In this document: positions 52,128-61,691 of the stretch, in pieces
Position numbering within the stretch: position 1 is the first letter of the stretch
How the letters are laid out: each line of letters starts with the position of its first letter
NCBI GenBank assembly: GCA_018261905.1
Contig: JAGTRU010000037.1
Span: 3,949 to 67,948, forward strand
Direction of reading: 5' to 3'
Origin: Pseudomonadota bacterium
GTDB taxonomy: Bacteria; Pseudomonadota; Gammaproteobacteria; Burkholderiales; Rhodocyclaceae
DNA length: 64,000 bases
Position numbers and translations under genes: made by a program
Notes under the pieces: generated by a model
Database searches by the model: none
What the model saw: the letters and a program-made list of their open reading frames with translations, nothing else
What the model was told of the DNA's origin: nothing

Positions 52128-52254
52128 ATGCAGAGTCCTTGGCGCGAATTCGCCCAGAAGCGATGCCTCGGTGTCGTAGCGGGTCGATGGCGGGATCCCG
52201 GATGAAGCGGCGCCGCAATATCCAAAGGAAATAGGTCGCTGCCGGAGGTGCCGG

Positions 52255-52260
52255 TATAAT
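52255..52260 (+). promoter_or_regulatory. candidate -10 hexamer for psd
   Basis: A perfect TATAAT lies 30 nt upstream of the GTG start, in an otherwise GC-rich spacer. No good -35 was seen. Confidence 0.3.
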
Positions 52261-52289
52261 CAGCCCCCCAGCCTCCTGCGACCTACTCT

Positions 52290-53141
52290 GTGTCTGATCG
52301 TCTTGCCGTCCTGCCCCAATACCTGATTCCCAAACAGGCCCTGACCGCCCTCGCCGGCAAACTTGCTGGCGCCCAAGCCGGCCGCCTGACCAGCCGCGTC
52401 ATCCGCTGGTTCGTCGGCCGCTACAACGTGAACATGGCCGAAGCGGCCAACCCGGAGATCGCCAGCTATAAGAGCTTCAACGAGTTCTTCACCCGGCCGC
52501 TGCAGCCCGGCGCCCGGCCGCTCGCCGAGGCCGACTTCCTCAGCCCGGTGGATGGCGCGATCAGCCAGTTCGGGCCGATCGAGCGCGACCAGATTTTCCA
52601 GGCCAAGGGCCACAGCTATTCGACCACCGCGCTGCTGGGCGGCGACCGCGAACTGGCCAAACGCTTCGAAAACGGCAGTTTCGCGACGCTCTATCTCAGC
52701 CCGCGCGACTACCACCGCATCCACATGCCCTGCGATGGCCAGTTGATCCGGATGATCTACATCCCCGGCGCCCTGTTTTCGGTCAATCCGACCACGGCGC
52801 GCGGCGTCCCCGGTCTGTTTGCCCGCAACGAGCGGGTGGTTTGCGTCTTCGCCGGCGCTGCCGGGCCTTTCGTGCTGACCCTGGTTGGCGCCACCATTGT
52901 CGGCAGCATGGCCACCATCTGGCACGGCACGGTCAACCCACCGCGCGCCGGTGTCATCCGCGAATGGCGTTACGACACCCAGAATATCGTTTTGAAGAAG
53001 GGTGCCGAAATGGGTCGTTTCCTGCTCGGCTCGACCGTCGTCATGCTGTTCCCGAAAAATTGCCTGAACTTCAACCCGGAATGGGCCCCGGCCCGTCCCA
53101 TCCGGATGGGCGAAGCGCTCGGCAGCACCGTCGGCGGCTGA
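52290..53141 (+). CDS. psd: phosphatidylserine decarboxylase proenzyme
   Basis: 283 aa. LPQYLIPKQALTALAG N-terminus, DYHRIHMP, and the self-cleavage motif FLLGSTVV. Confidence 0.9.
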   Translation: MSDRLAVLPQYLIPKQALTALAGKLAGAQAGRLTSRVIRWFVGRYNVNMAEAANPEIASYKSFNEFFTRPLQPGARPLAEADFLSPVDGAISQFGPIERDQIFQAKGHSYSTTALLGGDRELAKRFENGSFATLYLSPRDYHRIHMPCDGQLIRMIYIPGALFSVNPTTARGVPGLFARNERVVCVFAGAAGPFVLTLVGATIVGSMATIWHGTVNPPRAGVIREWRYDTQNIVLKKGAEMGRFLLGSTVVMLFPKNCLNFNPEWAPARPIRMGEALGSTVGG

Positions 53142-53177
53142 CCGTCGGGCCGGCCCAGGCGGGCCGGCGGCGGTCAT

Positions 53178-55412
53178 TCAGAGAGCGTTCCACTCGGCAT
53201 CGCCAGCCGCCGGGGCAGCCAGTTTGGCATTCCCCATCTTGCCCCGGGCCGGGGAAGCGTCGTGCCGGGGCAAGGCGTTCGGGGTGGCGGCAAAGTGGCG
53301 GCGGTAAGCCGAATTTTCGAGTTTGAAGCGGGCCACCTGCTGTTGCAGATGCTGCGCCTGATCCTCGAGGGATTCGGCCGCGGCAGCGGCTTCTTCAACC
53401 AGCGCGGCATTTTGCTGGGTGACCTCGTCCATCTGCGACACTGCCTTGTTCACCTGTTCGATGCCGGCCGCTTGCTCCAGTGAGGCGTTGCTGATGCTGG
53501 CGACGATGGTGCTGACTTTCCTGATCGAATCGACGATCTGTTCCATGCTCCGCCCGGCATCGCGCGCCTGACCGGTGCCGCGTTCGATCTTGGTGCCGGA
53601 ATCGGCAATCAGCGCCGAAATTTCCTTGGCGGCCTGCGCCGAGCGCTGGGCCAGAGCCCGGACTTCCGTGGCGACCACGGCAAAACCCTTGCCCTGGTCG
53701 CCGGCCCGGGCCGCCTCGACCGCGGCATTGAGGGCCAGGATATTGGTCTGGAAGGCGATGCCTTCGATGACGCTGATGATGTCGCCGACCTTTCTCGAGC
53801 TTTCCTGGATTTCGAACATGGTGGCGGCCGAAGCCTTGACCACCTCGCCGCCCTTGATCGCCATGGCCGAGGCGGCGAGCGCCAGTTCGTTGGCTTCCTT
53901 GGCGCTGCCGGTGTTCTGCTGGGCGGTGGCGGTGAATTGTTCGATGCTGGCGGCGGTTTCTTCCAGGCTGGAAGCCTGCTCTTCGGTGCGTGACGAAAGG
54001 TCAGTGTTGCCGGCCGAAATTTCCTGGGCGGCGGTGGTGATGGCATCGACCGCGGCGACCACGTTGCCGATCACGCCGCGCAGGTTATCGACCGTACTGT
54101 TGATGCCCTCGGCCGTGGCGCCAAACAGGCCGGGGTAAGTCTTGTCGATGCGCTGGCGCAGATCGCCGGCGGCCAAGGTCTTGGCGACCAGCGCAATATC
54201 GGACAGCGCCTGGTTGGCCGTCATTCCCAGGCTGTTCAGCAGTTCGGCCAGGGTCCGGGCATAGCCCCGCTTGCTGGCGGCATCGATCTGCTGGCTGAAA
54301 TCGCCCCGGGCAGCGGCATCGACGATCGAGCGCACTTCTTCGACCACCAGCGTCAAGGCCGCTACCGTGGCGTTGACGGCGCTGGCCGTCTGACCGAAGG
54401 CGCCGGGGTAATCGGCATCCACTCTTTGCGACAGATCGCCCGCCGCCAGGGCCGTGGCGACCCGCGAAACATCCTGCAGACTGGTATCGGTGACCACCAT
54501 CAACTCATTGAGCGCTTCGCCGATTTCCTTGCCGAAGCCGCTCTTCCCGGCAAGCGACATGCGCTTGCCGAGATCGCCATGCTCGGCCGCCAAGACCATA
54601 TCGCGGATTTCGTTGACCAGCCCGGCGAGGCCATCCTGCATCTGTTTCATGGCCGCCAGCATGCTCGACGCATCGCCCGCCCGCAGGGAAATTCTGCCGC
54701 TCAGATCCCCCCCGGCGATCCGGTTGGCGACGGCAACCGCTTCCGCCGGCTCGCCGCCGATCCGGCGCAGCAGCGTGGACGACAGGGAGCGCATGGCCGC
54801 CAGGACGAGCAGACAACCGAGCACGATCGCCGCCGACATCGCCAGGCTGTTATTCCAGCTGGTATTGGTCAGCGTCTTCAGGGTTGATTCGGCAAACTGG
54901 TTGGCCACCCCGACCGTGTCTTCAACCCCGGCCCGGTGGGCTTCGTAATACTGGCGCATCAGTTTCAGGGAGCTTTCGATGCGCGGCGTGTCATGGGCGG
55001 CAACGGCCGGCAGGAAATTGCCCTCGACTTCGGCCCAGAACAGTTCGCCCTGCTTTTTCTGTTCGCCGAGCAATTTCTGTTTGACCCCGGCATCGAGATC
55101 GGCATTGCTCCAGAACTGATTGCGCTCGGCGTAGTCTTTTTTCAGATGCTCGATCTTTTCCAGCAACTTCGGCCGCTGTTCGTCCGGCGCGGCGGCAATA
55201 TCGTAAGCCAGCAACTGCGCCTCGATCACATAGAGCGGCGGCGGCAGGATGTCGGCCACCACGTCCTTGCCTTGTCCCATCAGCGAAGCGGAAGAGGAAA
55301 CCTGCTGCAGCGAGGCGATGCCGACTGCCCCGACAATGACCAGGATAACGAAGACCAGGGCCGAGATCAGGCGCAGGTATTTTTTGAGGGAGAGGTTTTC
55401 CAGGGAAAGCAT
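53178..55412 (-). CDS. methyl-accepting chemotaxis protein with poly-HAMP array
   Basis: 744 aa. N-terminal TM, periplasmic region and second TM, then five HAMP-like repeats (GDLSGRISL, GDLGKRMSL, GDLSQRVDA, GDFSQQIDA, GDLRQRIDK), then the conserved MCP signalling hairpin (IAFQTNILALNAAVEAARAGDQGKGFAVVATEVR). Confidence 0.9.
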   Translation of the reverse strand: MLSLENLSLKKYLRLISALVFVILVIVGAVGIASLQQVSSSASLMGQGKDVVADILPPPLYVIEAQLLAYDIAAAPDEQRPKLLEKIEHLKKDYAERNQFWSNADLDAGVKQKLLGEQKKQGELFWAEVEGNFLPAVAAHDTPRIESSLKLMRQYYEAHRAGVEDTVGVANQFAESTLKTLTNTSWNNSLAMSAAIVLGCLLVLAAMRSLSSTLLRRIGGEPAEAVAVANRIAGGDLSGRISLRAGDASSMLAAMKQMQDGLAGLVNEIRDMVLAAEHGDLGKRMSLAGKSGFGKEIGEALNELMVVTDTSLQDVSRVATALAAGDLSQRVDADYPGAFGQTASAVNATVAALTLVVEEVRSIVDAAARGDFSQQIDAASKRGYARTLAELLNSLGMTANQALSDIALVAKTLAAGDLRQRIDKTYPGLFGATAEGINSTVDNLRGVIGNVVAAVDAITTAAQEISAGNTDLSSRTEEQASSLEETAASIEQFTATAQQNTGSAKEANELALAASAMAIKGGEVVKASAATMFEIQESSRKVGDIISVIEGIAFQTNILALNAAVEAARAGDQGKGFAVVATEVRALAQRSAQAAKEISALIADSGTKIERGTGQARDAGRSMEQIVDSIRKVSTIVASISNASLEQAAGIEQVNKAVSQMDEVTQQNAALVEEAAAAAESLEDQAQHLQQQVARFKLENSAYRRHFAATPNALPRHDASPARGKMGNAKLAAPAAGDAEWNAL

Positions 55413-55646
55413 GATCGTCCTGATTTCTTAGTCTGAATTAACGAAAGGGCCCGCCTGCGGCGCTCGCCGGCGCACAGTATCCATCAAAAGCCACAACTTG
55501 GCTGACTGCAATGAGCGCCAACCATAAGGCAATTGCCCCCGGCGGAGCAAGCGCCAGCGCCGCAACATGGCGTTGGCGCGCCCCACTGGCCGGCCCGAAA
55601 GCATGGGATACTGCAACCCCGAGATCATTTCGTCGCGAGCCCCCGC

Positions 55647-56618
55647 ATGAACAGCCCGTTCTTCCCGCGCAGTCTTCTCCCGCTGCTGCTCGCCGCCCTG
55701 CTGGCCTGGAGCGCTCTGGCGGCCGCCGCCGCGCCGCAGCAGAAGAACCAGGTGGCCGGCTATTACCGGATGTGGCTGGGCAAATTCGAGGTTACCGCCC
55801 TTTATGATGGCGCCAACAATCTCGAAACCGCGCTGCTCAAAAACACCAACGACCGGGAAGTCCAGCAACTGCTCGGCCGCATCTTCGTCAAGGGCCGGGC
55901 CGTGCCAACCTCGGTCAATGCCTACCTGATCAATACCGGCGACCGCCTGGTGCTGATCGACGCCGGCGCCGCCAAACTGTTCGGCCCCACCCTGGGCAAT
56001 GTGGTGCACAATCTGCGCGCCGCCGGTTACCGGCCGGAGCAGGTCGACAGCGTGCTCATCACCCATCTGCACGGCGACCACTTCTACGGTCTGAGCGACA
56101 GCGAAGGCAAGGCCGTCTTTCCCCATGCCGAAATCTGGTCGCCCAAGGCCGACAACGATTTCTGGCTGAGCGAGGCAGTCGCGGCCCGGGCCTCGCCGGC
56201 CGCCCAGCCCTTTTACCGGATGGCCCGGGCGGCCGCCGCACCGTACCTCGCGGCCGGCCAGTGGAAGACTTTCACGAGCGACCAGGAAATCCTGCCCGGC
56301 CTGCGCAGCATTGCTGCCCCCGGCCACACGCCGGGACATAGCGCCTACCTGATCGAAAGCGACAACGAAAAACTGCTGATCTGGGGCGACCTGGTGCACA
56401 ACCACGCCATCCAGTTCGTCCGCCCGGCGATCGCCATCGAATACGACGCCGACAGCACAACGGCGATCGCCAGCCGACGGAAATTCCTGGCCCGGGCAGC
56501 CCGGGAAAAACTGCTGGTCGGCGGCATGCACCTGCCCTTCCCCGGCCTCGGCCACGTCAGTGCCGAAGGCAAGCACTACCGCTGGCTGCCGATCGAGTTT
56601 CTGCCGATGCGGGAATAG
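55647..56618 (+). CDS. MBL-fold metallo-hydrolase, secreted
   Basis: Signal peptide MNSPFFPRSLLPLLLAALLAWSALAAAAA. HxHxDH motif ITHLHGDHFYG, and downstream PGHTPGH. Confidence 0.8.
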   Translation: MNSPFFPRSLLPLLLAALLAWSALAAAAAPQQKNQVAGYYRMWLGKFEVTALYDGANNLETALLKNTNDREVQQLLGRIFVKGRAVPTSVNAYLINTGDRLVLIDAGAAKLFGPTLGNVVHNLRAAGYRPEQVDSVLITHLHGDHFYGLSDSEGKAVFPHAEIWSPKADNDFWLSEAVAARASPAAQPFYRMARAAAAPYLAAGQWKTFTSDQEILPGLRSIAAPGHTPGHSAYLIESDNEKLLIWGDLVHNHAIQFVRPAIAIEYDADSTTAIASRRKFLARAAREKLLVGGMHLPFPGLGHVSAEGKHYRWLPIEFLPMRE

Positions 56619-56632
56619 GCCGGCCGGCGCCC

Positions 56633-58813
56633 TCAACCGCGTTCGGTTAGCGGCGCCGGGGCGTAGGCGGCGATAAATTCGGCGGCCGGCACGGGGCGTG
56701 AAAAGAAGTAGCCCTGCGCCTCGTCACAGTGATAAAGACGCAGATGATCGAGGACCTGCTGGTCTTCGACCCCCTCGGCGATGGTGCGCAAACCGAGGCT
56801 GCGCGCCATCTGGATGACGGCGCGGACGATCACGGCATCTTCCGCATCGCTTGCCAGATGACGAACGAAGGACTGGTCGATCTTGAGTTTGTCGACCTTG
56901 AAGCGTTTCAGATAGGAAAGGCTGGAATAGCCCGTTCCAAAGTCGTCGATCGACAGTTTGACGCCCATATGTTTGAGGCGCATCACGGTGCTCAGCACCG
57001 ATTCGGTATCGCCAATCAGGATCGATTCGGTCAGTTCCAGTTCGAGCAGACTCGGATCAAGGCCTGATTCCTCCAGGGCCAGGCGCACCGATTGTTCGAT
57101 ATCACCGCGCTTGAACTGCAGGGCCGACAGATTGACCGCGACAACCACGCCGTAGAGGCCGGCCTGCTGCCATCTGGCAGCCTCGCGGCAGGCTGCGCGG
57201 AGGACCCAATCGCCGATCGGCACGATCAGGCCGCTCTCCTCCGCCGCCGGAATGAAGCGGCCCGGCGGTACCAGGCCAAGATCCGGATGGTTCCAGCGGA
57301 TCAGCGCCTCGGCACCGACCAGGGCGCGGCTCGAGATTTCAATCTGCGGCTGGTAATGCAACACGAATTGCCCCTTGTCGAGGGCGCGCCGCAAACCGAA
57401 ATGCATGGTCAATTGATCGAGGGCCTCTTCGTTCATTTCCTCGTTGAAGAAGCGATAGGTATTGCGTCCGGCATCCTTGGCCCGGTACATCGCCATATCG
57501 GCTTTTTTGAGCAGGGTATCGAAGTCGAGACCGTCGTCGGGATAAACAGCGACGCCGACCGAGATACTCATGGTCAATTCCTGCTCATTGACCCGGAAAG
57601 GGGCTAGGAAAGCGACCATCAGCTTGGCGAGAAAGACCACGCTGGCATCGGGATCGGCCAGTTTGGGGAGGAGGATGAGAAATTCGTCGCCCCCCTGGCG
57701 ACAGATGGTATCGCTCTCCCGCACGCACTCGTTGAGACGCCGGGCGGCGGCGACCAGAAGTTGATCGCCGATGCTATGCCCGAGGCTGTCGTTGATCGTC
57801 TTGAAGCGATCGAGGTCAACAACCATCAGGGCCAGCTTGCCATGCTCGGAATCGGCCAGACTGATCGCCTGCTGCAGGCGGTCCTGGACCAGCAGGACGT
57901 TGGGCAAACCGGTCAGCGCATCGTGATAGGCCAGGAACTTGACCCGATCTTCGGCCGCCTTGCGCTCGGTTATATCGGAAAAAATCCAGATGCTGCCGGC
58001 CAGGGGATCGGCCGCATCGAGGGCGCGACCGGTGATCTCGCCCCAGAACGGAGTGCCATCGGCATGGCTGAGCAGCAGGGTGCCGCTGAAACTCTGGCTG
58101 TGGTTCAGAGTCCCGTAGGCCGTCTCGCCGATACTCGTGTATTGCTCTTCGCCCGGGTAGAGAATCCGCGTCGACTGGCCGAGCATGGCGCCCGGCGGAT
58201 AGCCGAAGATTTCTTCGAAACGCCGGTTGCAGGTGACAATCTGGCGCTGGCGCAGCAGCACGATGCCGACCAGGGCGTTTTCGAGCAGCGCCTCCTTTTC
58301 GGCGAGCAAGGCCGCCATCATTTCCTGGTTGTGCTTGCGCTCGCTGATGTCGCGCCCCACCAGGACGCCGTAACAGACATGCTCGACGATGGCGACGCGA
58401 TACGACAACTCGAGCCAGATCGATAGCCCGCCCCGGCTGTATTGGGCGACCAGGGCATGGGTCGGGGTTTCCTGGCCGGGGTCGGATTCACCCATTTCCC
58501 GGCGCAGGTCGTCGAGCACGACTGTCGCATCGACCAGTCCGAGCCCGGCGAAATATTGCCCGATCAGCTTGTCGACCGGCTCGCCGAGCAAGCGCCCGAG
58601 CGTCGCGTTGGCATCGACGACGATGCCCTCGGGAAGCGCGATGAGAATGACGAAATCGGAAGTCCGGTCGATCAGGGTCCGAAAACGTTCGAGCCGATCG
58701 AGGTTCTGCCGCAACTGCGGGTAGTAGCTCTTGTGGAACGAGCGTTCGCCCAGACCGATAATCCGGTCCTTGCGCACATCCCAGTCTTCCTCATGGTCAG
58801 AGGGCTTCGCCAT
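56633..58813 (-). CDS. PAS-PAS-GGDEF-EAL signalling protein
   Basis: 726 aa with two PAS-like regions. Intact GGDEF (RQGGDEFLILL) with an upstream RxxD-like site. Intact EAL domain (EALIRW..., DDFGTGYSSLSYL). Confidence 0.9.
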   Translation of the reverse strand: MAKPSDHEEDWDVRKDRIIGLGERSFHKSYYPQLRQNLDRLERFRTLIDRTSDFVILIALPEGIVVDANATLGRLLGEPVDKLIGQYFAGLGLVDATVVLDDLRREMGESDPGQETPTHALVAQYSRGGLSIWLELSYRVAIVEHVCYGVLVGRDISERKHNQEMMAALLAEKEALLENALVGIVLLRQRQIVTCNRRFEEIFGYPPGAMLGQSTRILYPGEEQYTSIGETAYGTLNHSQSFSGTLLLSHADGTPFWGEITGRALDAADPLAGSIWIFSDITERKAAEDRVKFLAYHDALTGLPNVLLVQDRLQQAISLADSEHGKLALMVVDLDRFKTINDSLGHSIGDQLLVAAARRLNECVRESDTICRQGGDEFLILLPKLADPDASVVFLAKLMVAFLAPFRVNEQELTMSISVGVAVYPDDGLDFDTLLKKADMAMYRAKDAGRNTYRFFNEEMNEEALDQLTMHFGLRRALDKGQFVLHYQPQIEISSRALVGAEALIRWNHPDLGLVPPGRFIPAAEESGLIVPIGDWVLRAACREAARWQQAGLYGVVVAVNLSALQFKRGDIEQSVRLALEESGLDPSLLELELTESILIGDTESVLSTVMRLKHMGVKLSIDDFGTGYSSLSYLKRFKVDKLKIDQSFVRHLASDAEDAVIVRAVIQMARSLGLRTIAEGVEDQQVLDHLRLYHCDEAQGYFFSRPVPAAEFIAAYAPAPLTERG

Positions 58814-59960
58814 AAAGCACCTTGATATCGCCTAGTTTGGCATGTCGGGGATTGGTCACCAGACAGGCATCGTTGATCGCATGCCCGGCCAGCTCGGGAA
58901 TATCGGCGGAGCGCACGCCCCGTTTGGCCAGGCTATCGACGATCCCGACCCGAATGCGCAAGGCGGCGAGCTCGGCGGTGATTTTCTTCAGCCGTTCGTT
59001 TTCCGTCATGCCGCGCATCTCGATGCCCATCGCCAGGCCGACCTGGCTGTAGCGATCGGGCGCCGCCGTCATATTGAAGCGCACCACATGTTCGAGCAGC
59101 AGGGCGTTGCACTCGCCGTGCGGCAAATCGAGAAACCCGCCGAGCGAATGGGCCAGCGCATGCACCGCGCCCAGGCTGGCATTGGAAAAAGCCAGCCCGG
59201 CATGCAGGCTGCCGAGCAACATATTCTCCCTCGCCATCAGGTCTGAGGACTGGGCCACCGCCTTTTCCAGGTTCTTCCAGATCAGCGTAATGGCGGCCAG
59301 GGCATGGACATCGACGACCGGCGAACTGGCCGTGGAGACATACGCCTCGATCGCATGGGTCAGCGCATCCAGCCCGGTGCAGGCGGTCAGGTAGGGCGGC
59401 ATGGTGAGCGTCGTTTCCGGGTCGATCAAGGCGACATCGGGTACCACCGTCTTGCTGATGATCGCCATCTTGTAACGATCCTGGGTATTGACGACGATGC
59501 AGAACTGCGAAATATCCGCCGCCGTCCCCGCCGTGGTCGGAATACAGATCAGCGGCGGCCCCGGTACGGCGACCTGATCGACACCTTCAAACGCGAGAAT
59601 ATTGCAGCCGTTGGCATGCACGAGACCGATGCCTTTGGCGCAGTCCATGACGCTGCCGCCACCGATGGCGACGATTACGTCGCAGTGTTCGCGGGCATAG
59701 ACCAACGCCCCGGCCATGACTTCGTGATCCTTGGGATTGGGGGTGATGGCAGCAAAGACCACCGACTCGATGCCGACCTCGCTGAGATCGGCTTGCACGT
59801 CCCGCAGCCAGCCGGCGGCGATGACACCCGGGTCGCTGACGATCAGGACCCGTCTGGCCATCAGATTGCGGGCATAGTAGCCGACCCGCCGACGGGAGCC
59901 GACACCGAAAATAAACTCCGGCGCGACGAACTTGCGCATTTCATAGAGCGACATGTCCAC
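58797..59960 (-). CDS. iron-containing (group III) alcohol dehydrogenase
   Basis: 387 aa. GGGSVMDCAKG and metal-binding His motifs (DALTHAIE, HALAHSLG). Its stop overlaps the start of the GGDEF-EAL gene by 17 nt. Confidence 0.9.
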   Translation of the reverse strand: MDMSLYEMRKFVAPEFIFGVGSRRRVGYYARNLMARRVLIVSDPGVIAAGWLRDVQADLSEVGIESVVFAAITPNPKDHEVMAGALVYAREHCDVIVAIGGGSVMDCAKGIGLVHANGCNILAFEGVDQVAVPGPPLICIPTTAGTAADISQFCIVVNTQDRYKMAIISKTVVPDVALIDPETTLTMPPYLTACTGLDALTHAIEAYVSTASSPVVDVHALAAITLIWKNLEKAVAQSSDLMARENMLLGSLHAGLAFSNASLGAVHALAHSLGGFLDLPHGECNALLLEHVVRFNMTAAPDRYSQVGLAMGIEMRGMTENERLKKITAELAALRIRVGIVDSLAKRGVRSADIPELAGHAINDACLVTNPRHAKLGDIKVLYGEAL

Positions 59961-60469
59961 CTCCTGGATATTGTTTATTCTGTATCCCGGTTGCCGAGAC
60001 TGAGCGGGAAATCAATTGGACGCAGGGATGAACCTAGAAATCTTAGCGCAGAGTCGCAGTGTTGCAGAGAGGATCGGGAAAACAGTCGCTGGCATATTTT
60101 TTTGGGGACTCACCTGGAAGATAAGCCGAACGATCCGGGTAAGTCGTTTTGTTTCCTCAGTACCTCTGCGTCTCTGCGGTTCAATTGCGTTTTTCTAGGA
60201 TGAAACGTTATTGCTTTAGTTAATTCTACCCCTCGGCGCCACAGATTGGCGCCTGACCGGCCGTCAATTTGATCGGAAAAATGAGACTGGCAACTCCCCG
60301 CCAAGCGCCTGAACGTCTTTTTTTTTGAGCGTAGGGCAGAGGAATTGCAGACCAGAGGAGCGGCCACAAGGCCGACCAACGAAGAGCAAGGCACAGGAAA
60401 AAACAACACATAATTGAAACTTACCCATTTGTCGTAATCATTTTATTGCTTATTTATTATTTTTTACCT

Positions 60470-60519
60470 AATAATGTGGCGCGATTCTCAAACCATCCAA
60501 TCATCCGAAGGGAGTAGAA
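60470..60519 (+). promoter_or_regulatory. conserved leader/promoter block, copy 1
   Basis: AATAATGTGGCGCGATTCTCAAACCATCCAATCATCCGAAGGGAGTAGAA precedes the ATG. A near-identical block precedes the paralogue at 62260-62313. Confidence 0.4.
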
Positions 60520-61062
60520 ATGGGTAAGGAAAATGTAGGAAAAGGACTGGCCATCATCTTCATCGGTGCCATCCTGTCGATCGGTCTGGCGGGCGTGTTT
60601 TCCGATATGGCGACCGACAAGACAGCAGCGCCGACCCCCGATACCATCGTCCAGGCCCAACCGACCGCTGCCGGGCCAAGCTCGACGCCGAGCAGTCCCG
60701 CGCCGGCGAGCAACGACCAAGCCCGGGCCGAACTGGAAAAGCTCCTGCAAGGCTGGAGCAAGGCCTGGGCGAGCCAGGACATCGGCAGCTATCTGGCCTT
60801 CTACGCCCCCGACTTCCAGGGCAATGCCGAGAGCGCCGAACAATGGCGGGCCAATCGCAAACGTATCCTCGGGCAGGCCGAATTCATCGAACTCAAGCTC
60901 GGCCAAGCGGAAATCAATGTCGAAAGCGACGATCTCGCCACCCTCAGCTTCGGGCTCGACTACGCCTCCGACCGCTTCGAAGACCACGGCACGAAAACCC
61001 TGCAACTGCGCCGCGACAACGGCCGTTGGCTGATCGAAAACGAAGAATTCGCCGCCGACTGA
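60520..61062 (+). CDS. membrane-anchored NTF2/SnoaL-like domain protein (paralogue 1)
   Basis: 180 aa: N-terminal TM (LAIIFIGAILSIGLAGVF), a Pro/Ser/Ala linker, then a ~110-aa domain (LLQGWSKAWASQDIGSYLAFYAPDF...LQLRRDNGRWLIENEEF). The domain resembles NTF2-like modules seen in Cds6-type L,D-transpeptidase-family proteins. GGGAG SD. Confidence 0.6.
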   Translation: MGKENVGKGLAIIFIGAILSIGLAGVFSDMATDKTAAPTPDTIVQAQPTAAGPSSTPSSPAPASNDQARAELEKLLQGWSKAWASQDIGSYLAFYAPDFQGNAESAEQWRANRKRILGQAEFIELKLGQAEINVESDDLATLSFGLDYASDRFEDHGTKTLQLRRDNGRWLIENEEFAAD

Positions 61063-61119
61063 TCGATCCCGGTCTTATCGCCCCGCCGCGGACCGCGACG
61101 TATCAGGGCACCTCCCAAC

Positions 61120-61151
61120 AAAGCCCCCACCGCTCTGCGGCTGGGGGCTTT
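61120..61151. terminator. stem-loop between convergent paralogue 1 and the DoxX gene
   Basis: AAAGCCCCCA...TGGGGGCTTT with the inner pairing CCGC/GCGG. It is flanked by T-rich sequence on both strands. Confidence 0.6.
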
Positions 61152-61172
61152 GTCCTACCGACTAATCCCCCG

Positions 61173-61532
61173 TCACCCCCGGCCGACGGCCCATTTCCCG
61201 GCACCGCCGAGGGCGGAGGCAAAGGCCACCAGCAACAGGAACAGCCCGTGGAGATTGCCGAGCAAGGCGGCCCCGTTCAGCCATCCGAGGAACAGCGGCC
61301 AGCCGATGATCAGCGTCAGCCCCAGGCTGGCGATCGGCATCCACAGGCCGAGCAACATCAATATGCCGCACAGCATTTCCACCAGATGCAGCCCCCAAGG
61401 CGCGGCCTGCATCAACGAGGCGGGCAGCGCGGCGTGCCGCAGCGCCTGCCAACCGGCCAGGAAGGCCATGCCGCCGACGGCAAGACGCAAACAAAGAAGA
61501 GACCAGTCGATACGAGTTTTACTAGCAGCCAT
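61173..61532 (-). CDS. DoxX-family small membrane protein
   Basis: 119 aa with four hydrophobic helices. The N-terminus DWSLLCLRLAVGGMAFLAG is typical of DoxX. Confidence 0.65.
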   Translation of the reverse strand: MAASKTRIDWSLLCLRLAVGGMAFLAGWQALRHAALPASLMQAAPWGLHLVEMLCGILMLLGLWMPIASLGLTLIIGWPLFLGWLNGAALLGNLHGLFLLLVAFASALGGAGKWAVGRG

Positions 61533-61691
61533 GAGCCTTCCGAAAGCGGGGCGACATCGCGGGAATGTCCGGGCGCGCAGTATCTCTGTCGGCCAGCCTG
61601 ACGGTCAAGCGCCGCCCGTACAGCGAGCGGGGATGCATGCCAACGGTCTGCGGCGTATATTCCCCACTCCACACTGACAAGGAGACTCAAC

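Noticed and set aside
60016-60411. Small ORFs (60-99 aa, both strands) in the long ADH/NTF2-like spacer.
   Set aside because: They have no SD sequences, odd composition (Cys/Phe/Ser/Arg-rich), non-ATG or weak starts, and no recognisable motifs. I treat the region as non-coding.
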